DNA from: Eledone cirrhosa
Lineage: Eukaryota
Assembly (NCBI GenBank): GCA_964016885.1
Contig: OZ024751.1
Coordinates: 2,046,001 to 2,110,000 of the forward strand
Direction: 5' to 3'
Length of the DNA stretch: 64,000 nucleotides
In this document: positions 15,001-28,600 of the stretch, in pieces
Numbering within the stretch: position 1 is the first letter of the stretch
How the letters are laid out: each line of letters starts with the position of its first letter
Made by a program: the position numbers and the translations under genes
Notes under the pieces: model-generated
Databases searched by the model: none
Told to the model about the DNA's origin: nothing
The model's input: only the letters and a program-made list of their open reading frames with translations

Positions 15001-15589
15001 TGTTGTTGGTGTTGTTAGTGTTACTGTTGTTGGTGTTGTTGGTGTTACTGTTGTTGGTGTTGTTAGTGTTAATGTTGTTGGTGTTGTTTGTGTTACTGTT
15101 GTTGGTGTTGGTGGTGATACTGTTGTTGGTGTTGTTGGTGTTACTGTTGTTGGTGTTGTTGGTGTTACTGTTGTTGGTGTTGTTGGTGTTACTGTTGTTG
15201 GTGGTGTTGGTGTTACTGTTGTTGGTGTTGTTGGTGTTACTGTTGTTGGTGTTGGTGGTGTTACTGTTGTTGGTTTTGTTGGTGTTACTGTTGTTGGTGT
15301 TGTTGGTGTTACTGTTGTTGGTGTTGTTGGTGTTACTGTTGTTGGTGGTCTTGGCGTTACTGTTGTTGGTGTTGTTAGTGTTATTGTTGTTGGTGTTGTT
15401 AGTGTTACTGTTGTTGGTGTTGTTGGTGTTACTGTTGTTGGTGTTGTTGGTGTTACTGTTGTTGGTGTTGTTAGTGTTACTGTTGTTGGTGTTGTTGGTG
15501 TTACTGTTGTTGGTGTTGTTTGTGTTACTGTTGTTGGTGTTGGTGGTGTTACTGTTGTTGGTGTTACTGTTGTTGGTGTTGTTGGTGTT

Positions 15590-18500
15590 ACTGCTTTGGT
15601 GTTGTTGGTGTTACTGTTGTTGGTGTTGTTGGTGTTACTGTTGTTGGTGTTGTTGGTGTTACTGTTGTTGGTGTTGTTTGTGTTACTGTTGTTGGTGTTG
15701 GTGGTGTTACTGTTGTTGGTGTTGTTGGTGTTACTGTTGTTGGTGTTGGTGGTTTTACTGTTGCTGGTGTTGTTGGTGTTACTGTTGTTGGTGTTGTTAG
15801 TGTTACTGTTGTTGGTGTTGTTGGTGTTACTGTTGTTGTGGTAATTAGTGTTACTGTTGTTGGTGTTGCTGGTGTTACTGTTGTTGGTGTTGTTGGTGTT
15901 ACTCTTGTTGGTGTTGGTGGTGTTACTGTTGTTGGTGTTGTTGCTGTTACTGTTGTTGGTGTTGTTGGTGTTACTGTTGTTGGTATAGTTGGTGTTACTG
16001 TTGTTGGTGTTGTTGGTGTTACTGTTGTTGGTGTTGTTGGTGTTACTATTGTTGGTGTTGTTAGTATTACTGTTGTTGGTGTTGGTGGTGTTACTGTTGT
16101 TGGTGTTGTTGGTGTTACTGTTGTTGGTGTTGTTACTGTTAATGTTGTTGGTGTTGTTGGTGTTACTGTTGTTGGTGTTGGTGGTGTTGCTGTTGTTGGT
16201 GTTGTTGGTGTTAATGTTGTTGGTGTTGTTTGTGTTACTGTTGTTGGTGTTGGTGGTGTTACTGTTGTTGGTGTTGTTGGTGTTACTGTTGTTGGTGTTG
16301 TTGGTGTTACTGTTGTTGTTGTTGTTGGTGTTTCTGTTGTTGTTGGTGTTGGTGTTACTGTTGTTGGTGTTGTTAGTGTTACTGTTGTTGGTGTTGTTGG
16401 TGTTACTGTTGTTGGTGTTGTTAGTGTTAATGTTGTTGGTGTTGTTTGTGTTACTGTTGTTGGTGTTGTTGGTGTTACTGTTGCTGGTGTTGTTGTTGTT
16501 ACTGTTGTTGGTGTTGTTGGTGTTACTTTTGTTGGTGGTGTTGGTGTTACTGTTGTTGGTGTTGTTAGTGTTACTGTTGTTGGTGTTGTTGGTGTTACTG
16601 TTGTTGGTATTGTTGGTGTTACTGTTGTTGGTGTTGTTGGTGTTACTATTGTTGATGTTATTAGTGTTACTGTTGTTGGTGTTGGTGGTGTTACTGTTGT
16701 TGGTGTTGTTGGTGTTACTGTTATTGCTGTTACTGTTGTTGGTGTTGGTGCTGTGACTGTTGTTGGTGTTGTTGGTGTTACTGTTGTTGGTGTTGTTAGT
16801 GTTACTGTTGTTGGTGTTGTTAGTGTTACTGTTGTTGGTGTTGTTGGTGTTACTGTTGTTGCTGTTGTTAGTGTTACTGTTGTTGGTGTTGTTATTGTTA
16901 CTGTTGTTGGTGTTTCTGGTGTTACTGTTGTTGGTGTTGTTGGTGTTGTTGGTATTACTGTTGTTGGTGTTGTTAGCGTTACTGTTGTTGGTGTTGTTAG
17001 TGTTACTGTTGTTGGTGTTGTTGGTGTTACTGTTTTTGGTGTTGTTGGTGTTACTGTTGTTGGTGTTATCAGTGTTACTGTTGTTGGTGTTGTTATTGTT
17101 ACTGTTGTTGGTGTTGTTGGTGTTACTGTTGTTGGTGTTGTTGGTGTTACTGTTGTTGGTGTTGTTAGTGTTACTGTTGTTGGTGTTGTTGGTGTTACTG
17201 TTGTTGGTGTTGTTGGTGTTACTGTTGTTGGTGTTGTTGGTGTTAATGTTGTTGGTGTTGGTGGTGTTACTGTTGTTGGTGTTCTTGGTGTTACTGTTGT
17301 TGGTGTTATTAGTGTTACTGTTGTTGGTTTTGGTGGTGTTACTGTTGTTGGTGTTGATGGTGTTACTGTTGTTGGTGTTGTTGGTGTTACTGCTGTTGGT
17401 GTTGTTAGTGTTACTGTTATTGTTGTAGTTGGTGTTACTGTTGTTGGTGTTACTGTTGTTGGTGTTGTCGGTGTTACTGTTGTTGGTGTTGTTGGTGTTA
17501 CTGCTGTTGGTGTTGTTGGTGTTACTGTTGTTGGTGTTGGTGGTGTTATTAGTGTTACTGTTGTTGGTGTTGGTGGTGTTACTGTTGTTGGTGTTGTTGG
17601 TGTTGGTGGAGTTACTGTTGTTGGTGTTGTTTGTGTTACTGTTGTTGGTGTTGGTGGTGTTACTGTTGTTGGTGTTGTTGGTGTTACTGTTGTTGGTGTT
17701 GTTAGTATTAATGTTGTTGGTGTTGTTGGTGTTACTCTTGTTGGTGTTGGTGGTGTTACTGTTGTTGGTGTTGTTGCTGTTACTGTTGTTGGTGTTGTTG
17801 GTGTTACTGTTGTTGGTATAGTTGGTGTTACTGTTGTTGGTGTTGTTGGTGTTACTGTTGTTGGTGTTGTTGGTGTTACTATTGTTGGTGTTGTTAGTAT
17901 TACTGTTGTTGGTGTTGGTGGTGTTACTGTTGTTGGTGTTGTTGGTGTTACTGTTGTTGGTGTTGTTAGTATTACTGTTGTTGGTGTTGTTGGTGTTACT
18001 GTTGTTGGTGTTGTTGGTGTTACTGTTGTTGGTGTTGTTGGTGTTACTGTTGTTGTTGTTGTTGGTGTTTCTGTTGTTGTTGGTGTTGGTGTTACTGTTG
18101 TTGGTGTTGTTAGTGTTACTGTTGTTGGTGTTGTTGGTGTTACTGTTGTTGGTGTTGTTAGTGTTAATGTTGTTGGTGTTGTTTGTGTTACTGTTGTTGG
18201 TGTTGTTGGTGTTACTGTTGCTGGTGTTGTTGTTGTTACTGTTGTTGGTGTTGTTGGTGTTACTTTTGTTGGTGGTGTTGGTGTTACTGTTGTTGGTGTT
18301 GTTAGTGTTACTGTTGTTGGTGTTGTTGGTGTTACTGTTGTTGGTGTTGTTGGTGTTACTGTTGTTGGTGTTGTTGGTGTTACTGTTGTTGATGTTATTA
18401 GTGTTACTGTTGTTGGTGTTGGTGGTGTTACTGTTGTTGGTGTTGTTGGTGTTACTGTTATTGCTGTTACTGTTGTTGGTGTTGGTGCTGTGACTGTTGT

Positions 18501-21500
18501 TGGTGTTGTTGGTGTTACTGTTGTTGGTGTTGTTAGTGTTACTGTTGTTGGTGTTGTTAGTGTTACTGTTGTTGGTGTTGTTGGTGTTACTGTTGTTGCT
18601 GTTGTTAGTGTTACTGTTGTTGGTGTTGTTATTGTTACTGTTGTTGGTGTTGCTGGTGTTACTGTTGTTGGTGTTGTTGGTGTTACTGTTGTTGGTGTTG
18701 TTGGTATTACTGTTGTTGGTGTTGTTAGCGTTACTGTTGTTGGTGTTGTTAGTGTTACTGTTGTTGGTGTTGTTGGTGTTACTGTTTTTGGTGTTGTTGG
18801 TGTTACTGTTGTTGGTGTTATCAGTGTTACTGTTGTTGGTGTTGTTATTGTTACTGTTGTTGGTGTTGTTGGTGTTACTGTTGTTGGTGTTGTTGGTGTT
18901 ACTGTTGTTGGTGTTGTTAGTGTTACTGTTGTTGGTGTTGTTGGTGTTACTGTTGTTGGTGTTGTTGGTGTTACTGTTGTTGGTGTTGTTGGTGTTAATG
19001 TTGTTGGTGTTGGTGGTGTTACTGTTGTTGGTGTTCTTGGTGTTACTGTTGTTGGTGTTATTAGTGTTACTGTTGTTGGTTTTGGTGGTGTTACTGTTGT
19101 TGGTGTTGATGGTGTTACTGTTGTTGGTGTTGTTGGTGTTACTGCTGTTGGTGTTGTTAGTGTTACTGTTATTGTTGTTGTTGGTGTTACTGTTGTTGGT
19201 GTTACTGTTGTTGGTGTTGTCGGTGTTACTGTTGTTGGTGTTGTTGGTGTTACTGCTGTTGGTGTTGTTGGTGTTACTGTTGTTGGTGTTGGTGGTGTTA
19301 TTAGTGTTACTGTTGTTGGTGTTGGTGGTGTTACTGTTGTTGGTGTTGTTGGTGTTGGTGGAGTTACTGTTGTTGGTGTTGTTTGTGTTACTGTTGTTGG
19401 TGTTGGTGGTGTTACTGTTGTTGGTGTTGTTGGTGTTACTGTTGTTGGTGTTGTTAGTATTAATGTTGTTGGTGTTGTTGGTGTTACTCTTGTTGGTGTT
19501 GGTGGTGTTACTGTTGTTGGTGTTGTTGCTGTTACTGTTGTTGGTGTTGTTGGTGTTACTGTTGTTGGTATAGTTGGTGTTACTGTTGTTGGTGTTGTTG
19601 GTGTTACTGTTGTTGGTGTTGTTGGTGTTACTATTGTTGGTGTTGTTAGTATTACTGTTGTTGGTGTTGGTGGTGTTACTGTTGTTGGTGTTGTTGGTGT
19701 TACTGTTGTTGGTGTTGTTAGTATTACTGTTGTTGGTGTTGGTGGTGTTACTGTTGTTGGTGTTGTTGGTGTTACTGTTGTTGGTGTTGTTACTGTTAAT
19801 GTTGTTGGTGTTGTTGGTGTTACTGTTGTTGGTGTTGGTGGTGTTGCTGTTGTTGGTGTTGTTGGTGTTAATGTTGTTGGTGTTGTTTGTGTTACTGTTG
19901 TTGGTGTTGGTGGTGTTACTGTTGTTGGTGTTGTTGGTGTTACTGTTGTTGGTGTTGTTGGTGTTACTGTTGTTGTTGTTGTTGGTGTTTCTGTTGTTGT
20001 TGGTGTTGGTGTTACTGTTGTTGGTGTTGTTAGTGTTACTGTTGTTGGTGTTGTTGGTGTTACTGTTGTTGGTGTTGTTAGTGTTAATGTTGTTGGTGTT
20101 GTTTGTGTTACTGTTGTTGGTGTTGGTGGTGATACTGTTGTTGGTGTTGTTGGTGTTACTGTTGTTGGTGTTGTTGGTGTTACTGTTGTTGGTGTTGTTG
20201 GTGTTACTGTTGTTGGTGGTGTTGGTGTTACTGTTGTTGGTGTTGTTGGTGTTACTGTTGTTGGTGTTGGTGGTGTTACTGTTGTTGGTTTTGTTGGTGT
20301 TACTGTTGTTGGTGTTGTTGGTGTTACTGTTGTTGGTGTTGTTGGTGTTACTGTTGTTGGTGGTCTTGGCGTTACTGTTGTTGGTGTTGTTAGTGTTATT
20401 GTTGTTGGTGTTGTTAGTGTTACTGTTGTTGGTGTTGTTGGTGTTACTGTTGTTGGTGTTGTTGGTGTTACTGTTGTTGGTGTTGTTAGTGTTACTGTTG
20501 TTGGTGTTGTTGGTGTTACTGTTGTTGGTGTTGTTTGTGTTACTGTTGTTGGTGTTGGTGGTGTTACTGTTGTTGGTGTTACTGTTGTTGGTGTTGTTGG
20601 TGTTACTGCTTTGGTGTTGTTGGTGTTACTGTTGTTGGTGTTGTTGGTGTTACTGTTGTTGGTGTTGTTGGTGTTACTGTTGTTGGTGTTGTTTGTGTTA
20701 CTGTTGTTGGTGTTGGTGGTGTTACTGTTGTTGGTGTTGTTGGTGTTACTGTTGTTGGTGTTGGTGGTTTTACTGTTGCTGGTGTTGTTGGTGTTACTGT
20801 TGTTGGTGTTGTTAGTGTTACTGTTGTTGGTGTTGTTGGTGTTACTGTTGTTGTGGTAATTAGTGTTACTGTTGTTGGTGTTGCTGGTGTTACTGTTGTT
20901 GGTGTTGTTGGTGTTACTCTTGTTGGTGTTGGTGGTGTTACTGTTGTTGGTGTTGTTGCTGTTACTGTTGTTGGTGTTGTTGGTGTTACTGTTGTTGGTA
21001 TAGTTGGTGTTACTGTTGTTGGTGTTGTTGGTGTTACTGTTGTTGGTGTTGTTGGTGTTACTATTGTTGGTGTTGTTAGTATTACTGTTGTTGGTGTTGG
21101 TGGTGTTACTGTTGTTGGTGTTGTTGGTGTTACTGTTGTTGGTGTTGTTACTGTTAATGTTGTTGGTGTTGTTGGTGTTACTGTTGTTGGTGTTGGTGGT
21201 GTTGCTGTTGTTGGTGTTGTTGGTGTTAATGTTGTTGGTGTTGTTTGTGTTACTGTTGTTGGTGTTGGTGGTGTTACTGTTGTTGGTGTTGTTGGTGTTA
21301 CTGTTGTTGGTGTTGTTGGTGTTACTGTTGTTGTTGTTGTTGGTGTTTCTGTTGTTGTTGGTGTTGGTGTTACTGTTGTTGGTGTTGTTAGTGTTACTGT
21401 TGTTGGTGTTGTTGGTGTTACTGTTGTTGGTGTTGTTAGTGTTAATGTTGTTGGTGTTGTTTGTGTTACTGTTGTTGGTGTTGTTGGTGTTACTGTTGCT

Positions 21501-24500
21501 GGTGTTGTTGTTGTTACTGTTGTTGGTGTTGTTGGTGTTACTTTTGTTGGTGGTGTTGGTGTTACTGTTGTTGGTGTTGTTAGTGTTACTGTTGTTGGTG
21601 TTGTTGGTGTTACTGTTGTTGGTATTGTTGGTGTTACTGTTGTTGGTGTTGTTGGTGTTACTATTGTTGATGTTATTAGTGTTACTGTTGTTGGTGTTGG
21701 TGGTGTTACTGTTGTTGGTGTTGTTGGTGTTACTGTTATTGCTGTTACTGTTGTTGGTGTTGGTGCTGTGACTGTTGTTGGTGTTGTTGGTGTTACTGTT
21801 GTTGGTGTTGTTAGTGTTACTGTTGTTGGTGTTGTTAGTGTTACTGTTGTTGGTGTTGTTGGTGTTACTGTTGTTGCTGTTGTTAGTGTTACTGTTGTTG
21901 GTGTTGTTATTGTTACTGTTGTTGGTGTTTCTGGTGTTACTGTTGTTGGTGTTGTTGGTGTTGTTGGTATTACTGTTGTTGGTGTTGTTAGCGTTACTGT
22001 TGTTGGTGTTGTTAGTGTTACTGTTGTTGGTGTTGTTGGTGTTACTGTTTTTGGTGTTGTTGGTGTTACTGTTGTTGGTGTTATCAGTGTTACTGTTGTT
22101 GGTGTTGTTATTGTTACTGTTGTTGGTGTTGTTGGTGTTACTGTTGTTGGTGTTGTTGGTGTTACTGTTGTTGGTGTTGTTAGTGTTACTGTTGTTGGTG
22201 TTGTTGGTGTTACTGTTGTTGGTGTTGTTGGTGTTACTGTTGTTGGTGTTGTTGGTGTTAATGTTGTTGGTGTTGGTGGTGTTACTGTTGTTGGTGTTCT
22301 TGGTGTTACTGTTGTTGGTGTTATTAGTGTTACTGTTGTTGGTTTTGGTGGTGTTACTGTTGTTGGTGTTGATGGTGTTACTGTTGTTGGTGTTGTTGGT
22401 GTTACTGCTGTTGGTGTTGTTAGTGTTACTGTTATTGTTGTAGTTGGTGTTACTGTTGTTGGTGTTACTGTTGTTGGTGTTGTCGGTGTTACTGTTGTTG
22501 GTGTTGTTGGTGTTACTGCTGTTGGTGTTGTTGGTGTTACTGTTGTTGGTGTTGGTGGTGTTATTAGTGTTACTGTTGTTGGTGTTGGTGGTGTTACTGT
22601 TGTTGGTGTTGTTGGTGTTGGTGGAGTTACTGTTGTTGGTGTTGTTTGTGTTACTGTTGTTGGTGTTGGTGGTGTTACTGTTGTTGGTGTTGTTGGTGTT
22701 ACTGTTGTTGGTGTTGTTAGTATTAATGTTGTTGGTGTTGTTGGTGTTACTCTTGTTGGTGTTGGTGGTGTTACTGTTGTTGGTGTTGTTGCTGTTACTG
22801 TTGTTGGTGTTGTTGGTGTTACTGTTGTTGGTATAGTTGGTGTTACTGTTGTTGGTGTTGTTGGTGTTACTGTTGTTGGTGTTGTTGGTGTTACTATTGT
22901 TGGTGTTGTTAGTATTACTGTTGTTGGTGTTGGTGGTGTTACTGTTGTTGGTGTTGTTGGTGTTACTGTTGTTGGTGTTGTTAGTATTACTGTTGTTGGT
23001 GTTGTTGGTGTTACTGTTGTTGGTGTTGTTGGTGTTACTGTTGTTGGTGTTGTTGGTGTTACTGTTGTTGTTGTTGTTGGTGTTTCTGTTGTTGTTGGTG
23101 TTGGTGTTACTGTTGTTGGTGTTGTTAGTGTTACTGTTGTTGGTGTTGTTGGTGTTACTGTTGTTGGTGTTGTTAGTGTTAATGTTGTTGGTGTTGTTTG
23201 TGTTACTGTTGTTGGTGTTGTTGGTGTTACTGTTGCTGGTGTTGTTGTTGTTACTGTTGTTGGTGTTGTTGGTGTTACTTTTGTTGGTGGTGTTGGTGTT
23301 ACTGTTGTTGGTGTTGTTAGTGTTACTGTTGTTGGTGTTGTTGGTGTTACTGTTGTTGGTGTTGTTGGTGTTACTGTTGTTGGTGTTGTTGGTGTTACTG
23401 TTGTTGATGTTATTAGTGTTACTGTTGTTGGTGTTGGTGGTGTTACTGTTGTTGGTGTTGTTGGTGTTACTGTTATTGCTGTTACTGTTGTTGGTGTTGG
23501 TGCTGTGACTGTTGTTGGTGTTGTTGGTGTTACTGTTGTTGGTGTTGTTAGTGTTACTGTTGTTGGTGTTGTTAGTGTTACTGTTGTTGGTGTTGTTGGT
23601 GTTACTGTTGTTGCTGTTGTTAGTGTTACTGTTGTTGGTGTTGTTATTGTTACTGTTGTTGGTGTTGCTGGTGTTACTGTTGTTGGTGTTGTTGGTGTTA
23701 CTGTTGTTGGTGTTGTTGGTATTACTGTTGTTGGTGTTGTTAGCGTTACTGTTGTTGGTGTTGTTAGTGTTACTGTTGTTGGTGTTGTTGGTGTTACTGT
23801 TTTTGGTGTTGTTGGTGTTACTGTTGTTGGTGTTATCAGTGTTACTGTTGTTGGTGTTGTTATTGTTACTGTTGTTGGTGTTGTTGGTGTTACTGTTGTT
23901 GGTGTTGTTGGTGTTACTGTTGTTGGTGTTGTTAGTGTTACTGTTGTTGGTGTTGTTGGTGTTACTGTTGTTGGTGTTGTTGGTGTTACTGTTGTTGGTG
24001 TTGTTGGTGTTAATGTTGTTGGTGTTGGTGGTGTTACTGTTGTTGGTGTTCTTGGTGTTACTGTTGTTGGTGTTATTAGTGTTACTGTTGTTGGTTTTGG
24101 TGGTGTTACTGTTGTTGGTGTTGATGGTGTTACTGTTGTTGGTGTTGTTGGTGTTACTGCTGTTGGTGTTGTTAGTGTTACTGTTATTGTTGTTGTTGGT
24201 GTTACTGTTGTTGGTGTTACTGTTGTTGGTGTTGTCGGTGTTACTGTTGTTGGTGTTGTTGGTGTTACTGCTGTTGGTGTTGTTGGTGTTACTGTTGTTG
24301 GTGTTGGTGGTGTTATTAGTGTTACTGTTGTTGGTGTTGGTGGTGTTACTGTTGTTGGTGTTGTTGGTGTTGGTGGAGTTACTGTTGTTGGTGTTGTTTG
24401 TGTTACTGTTGTTGGTGTTGGTGGTGTTACTGTTGTTGGTGTTGTTGGTGTTACTGTTGTTGGTGTTGTTAGTATTAATGTTGTTGGTGTTGTTGGTGTT

Positions 24501-25619
24501 ACTCTTGTTGGTGTTGGTGGTGTTACTGTTGTTGGTGTTGTTGCTGTTACTGTTGTTGGTGTTGTTGGTGTTACTGTTGTTGGTATAGTTGGTGTTACTG
24601 TTGTTGGTGTTGTTGGTGTTACTGTTGTTGGTGTTGTTGGTGTTACTATTGTTGGTGTTGTTAGTATTACTGTTGTTGGTGTTGGTGGTGTTACTGTTGT
24701 TGGTGTTGTTGGTGTTACTGTTGTTGGTGTTGTTAGTATTACTGTTGTTGGTGTTGGTGGTGTTACTGTTGTTGGTGTTGTTGGTGTTACTGTTGTTGGT
24801 GTTGTTACTGTTAATGTTGTTGGTGTTGTTGGTGTTACTGTTGTTGGTGTTGGTGGTGTTGCTGTTGTTGGTGTTGTTGGTGTTAATGTTGTTGGTGTTG
24901 TTTGTGTTACTGTTGTTGGTGTTGGTGGTGTTACTGTTGTTGGTGTTGTTGGTGTTACTGTTGTTGGTGTTGTTGGTGTTACTGTTGTTGTTGTTGTTGG
25001 TGTTTCTGTTGTTGTTGGTGTTGGTGTTACTGTTGTTGGTGTTGTTAGTGTTACTGTTGTTGGTGTTGTTGGTGTTACTGTTGTTGGTGTTGTTAGTGTT
25101 AATGTTGTTGGTGTTGTTTGTGTTACTGTTGTTGGTGTTGGTGGTGATACTGTTGTTGGTGTTGTTGGTGTTACTGTTGTTGGTGTTGTTGGTGTTACTG
25201 TTGTTGGTGTTGTTGGTGTTACTGTTGTTGGTGGTGTTGGTGTTACTGTTGTTGGTGTTGTTGGTGTTACTGTTGTTGGTGTTGGTGGTGTTACTGTTGT
25301 TGGTTTTGTTGGTGTTACTGTTGTTGGTGTTGTTGGTGTTACTGTTGTTGGTGTTGTTGGTGTTACTGTTGTTGGTGGTCTTGGCGTTACTGTTGTTGGT
25401 GTTGTTAGTGTTATTGTTGTTGGTGTTGTTAGTGTTACTGTTGTTGGTGTTGTTGGTGTTACTGTTGTTGGTGTTGTTGGTGTTACTGTTGTTGGTGTTG
25501 TTAGTGTTACTGTTGTTGGTGTTGTTGGTGTTACTGTTGTTGGTGTTGTTTGTGTTACTGTTGTTGGTGTTGGTGGTGTTACTGTTGTTGGTGTTACTGT
25601 TGTTGGTGTTGTTGGGTTT
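15590..25619. repeat. Higher-order tandem duplication, 5015-bp unit, about 2 near-identical copies (partial third upstream)
   Basis: Marker actgctttggtg at 15590, 20605 and 25620; equal-length ORFs offset by 5015 (15520/20535, 15989/21004, 18497/23512). Confidence 0.9.
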
Positions 25620-28600
25620 ACTGCTTTGGTGTTGTTGGTGTTACTGTTGTTGGTGTTGTTGGTGTTACTGTTGTTGGTGTTGTTGGTGTTACTGTTGTTG
25701 GTGTTGTTTGTGTTACTGTTGTTGGTGTTGGTGGTGTTACTGTTGTTGGTGTTGTTGGTGTTACTGTTGTTGGTGTTGGTGGTGTTACTGTTGCTGGTGT
25801 TGTTGGTGTTACTGTTGTTGGTGTTGTTAGTGTTACTGTTGTTGGTGTTGTTGGTGTTACTGTTGTTGTGGTAATTAGTGTTACTGTTGTTGGTGTTGCT
25901 GGTGTTACTGTTGTTGGTGTTGTTGGTGTTACTCTTGTTGGTGTTGGTGGTGTTACTGTTGTTGGTGTTGTTGCTGTTACTGTTGTTGGTGTTGTTGGTG
26001 TTACTGTTGTTGGTATAGTTGGTGTTACTGTTGTTGGTGTTGTTGGTGTTACTGTTGTTGGTGTTGTTGGTGTTACTATTGTTGGTGTTGTTAGTATTAC
26101 TGTTGTTGGTGTTGGTGGTGTTACTGTTGTTGGTGTTGTTGGTGTTACTGTTGTTGGTGTTGTTAGTATTACTGTTGTTGGTGTTGGTGGTGTTACTGTT
26201 GTTGGTGTTGTTGGTGTTACTGTTGTTGGTGTTGTTACTGTTAATGTTGTTGGTGTTGTTGGTGTTACTGTTGTTGGTGTTGGTGGTGTTGCTGTTGTTG
26301 GTGTTGTTGGTGTTAATGTTGTTGGTGTTGTTTGTGTTACTGTTGTTGGTGTTGGTGGTGTTACTGTTGTTGGTGTTGTTGGTGTTACTGTTGTTGGTGT
26401 TGTTGGTGTTACTGTTGTTGTTGTTGTTGGTGTTTCTGTTGTTGTTGGTGTTGGTGTTACTGTTGTTGGTGTTGTTAGTGTTACTGTTGTTGGTGTTGTT
26501 GGTGTTACTGTTGTTGGTGTTGTTAGTGTTAATGTTGTTGGTGTTGTTTGTGTTACTGTTGTTGGTGTTGGTGGTGATACTGTTGTTGGTGTTGTTGGTG
26601 TTACTGTTGTTGGTGTTGTTGGTGTTACTGTTGTTGGTGTTGTTGGTGTTACTGTTGTTGGTGGTGTTGGTGTTACTGTTGTTGGTGTTGTTGGTGTTAC
26701 TGTTGTTGGTGTTGGTGGTGTTACTGTTGTTGGTTTTGTTGGTGTTACTGTTGTTGGTGTTGTTGGTGTTACTGTTGTTGGTGTTGTTGGTGTTACTGTT
26801 GTTGGTGGTCTTGGCGTTACTGTTGTTGGTGTTGTTAGTGTTATTGTTGTTGGTGTTGTTAGTGTTACTGTTGTTGGTGTTGTTGGTGTTACTGTTGTTG
26901 GTGTTGTTGGTGTTACTGTTGTTGGTGTTGTTAGTGTTACTGTTGTTGGTGTTGTTGGTGTTACTGTTGTTGGTGTTGTTTGTGTTACTGTTGTTGGTGT
27001 TGGTGGTGTTACTGTTGTTGGTGTTACTGTTGTTGGTGTTGTTGGTGTTACTGCTTTGGTGTTGTTGGTGTTACTGTTGTTGGTGTTGTTGGTGTTACTG
27101 TTGTTGGTGTTGTTGGTGTTACTGTTGTTGGTGTTGTTTGTGTTACTGTTGTTGGTGTTGGTGGTGTTACTGTTGTTGGTGTTGTTGGTGTTACTGTTGT
27201 TGGTGTTGGTGGTGTTACTGTTGCTGGTGTTGTTGGTGTTACTGTTGTTGGTGTTGTTAGTGTTACTGTTGTTGGTGTTGTTGGTGTTACTGTTGTTGTG
27301 GTAATTAGTGTTACTGTTGTTGGTGTTGCTGGTGTTACTGTTGTTGGTGTTGTTGGTGTTACTGTTGTTGGTGTTGTTGGTGTTACTGTTGTTGGTGTTA
27401 TTAGTGTTACTGTTGTTGGTGTTGTTGGTGTTACTGTTGTTGTGGTAATTAGTGTTACTGTTGTTGGTGTTGGTGGTGTTACTGTTGTTGGTGTTGTTGG
27501 TGTTACTGTTGTTGGTGTTGTTGGTGTTACTGTTGTTGGTGTTGGTGGTTTTACTGTTGTTGGTGTTGTTGATGTTACTGTTGTTGGTGTTGTTAGTGTT
27601 ACTGTTGTTGGTGTTGTTGGTGTTACTGTTGTTGGTGTTATTAGTGTTACTGTTGTTGGTGTTGGTGGTGTTACTGTTGTTGATGTTGTTGGTGTTACTG
27701 TTGTTGGTGTTGTTAGTGTTAATGTTGTTGGTGTTGTTTGTGTTACTGTTGTTGGTGTTGGTGGTGATACTGTTGTTGGTGTTGTTGGTGTTACTGTTGT
27801 TGGTGTTGTTGGTGTTACTGTTGTTGGTGTTGTTGGTGTTACTGTTGTTGGTGGTGTTGGTGTTACTGTTGTTGGTGTTGTTGGTGTTACTGTTGTTGGT
27901 GTTGGTGGTGTTACTGTTGTTGGTGTTATTAGTGTTACTGTTGTTGGTGTTGTTGGTGTTACTGTTGTTGGTGTTGTTGGTGTTACTGTTGTTGTGGTAA
28001 TTAGTGTTACTGTTGTTGGTGTTGGTGGTGTTACTGTTGTTGGTGTTGTTGGTGTTACTGTTGTTGGTGTTGTTGGTGTTACTGTTGTTGGTGTTGGTGG
28101 TGTTACTGTTGTTGGTGTTGTTGGTGTTACTGTTGTTGGTGTTGTTAGTGTTACTGTTGTTGGTGTTGTTGGTGTTACTGTTGTTGGTGTTATTAGTGTT
28201 ACTGTTGTTGGTGTTGGTGGTGTTACTGTTGTTGATGTTGTTGGTGTTACTGTTGTTGGTGTTGTTAGTGTTAATGTTGTTGGTGTTGTTTGTGTTACTG
28301 TTGTTGGTGTTGGTGGTGATACTGTTGTTGGTGTTGTTGGTGTTACTGTTGTTGATGTTATTAGTGTTACTGTTGTTGGTGTTGGTGGTGTTACTGTTGT
28401 TGGTGTTGTTGGTGTTACTGTTATTGCTGTTACTGTTGTTGGTGTTGGTGCTGTGACTGTTGTTGGTGTTGTTGGTGTTACTGTTGTTGGTGTTGTTAGT
28501 GTTACTGTTGTTGGTGTTGTTAGTGTTACTGTTGTTGGTGTTGTTGGTGTTACTCTTGTTGCTGTTGTTAGTGTTACTGTTGTTGGTGTTGTTATTGTTA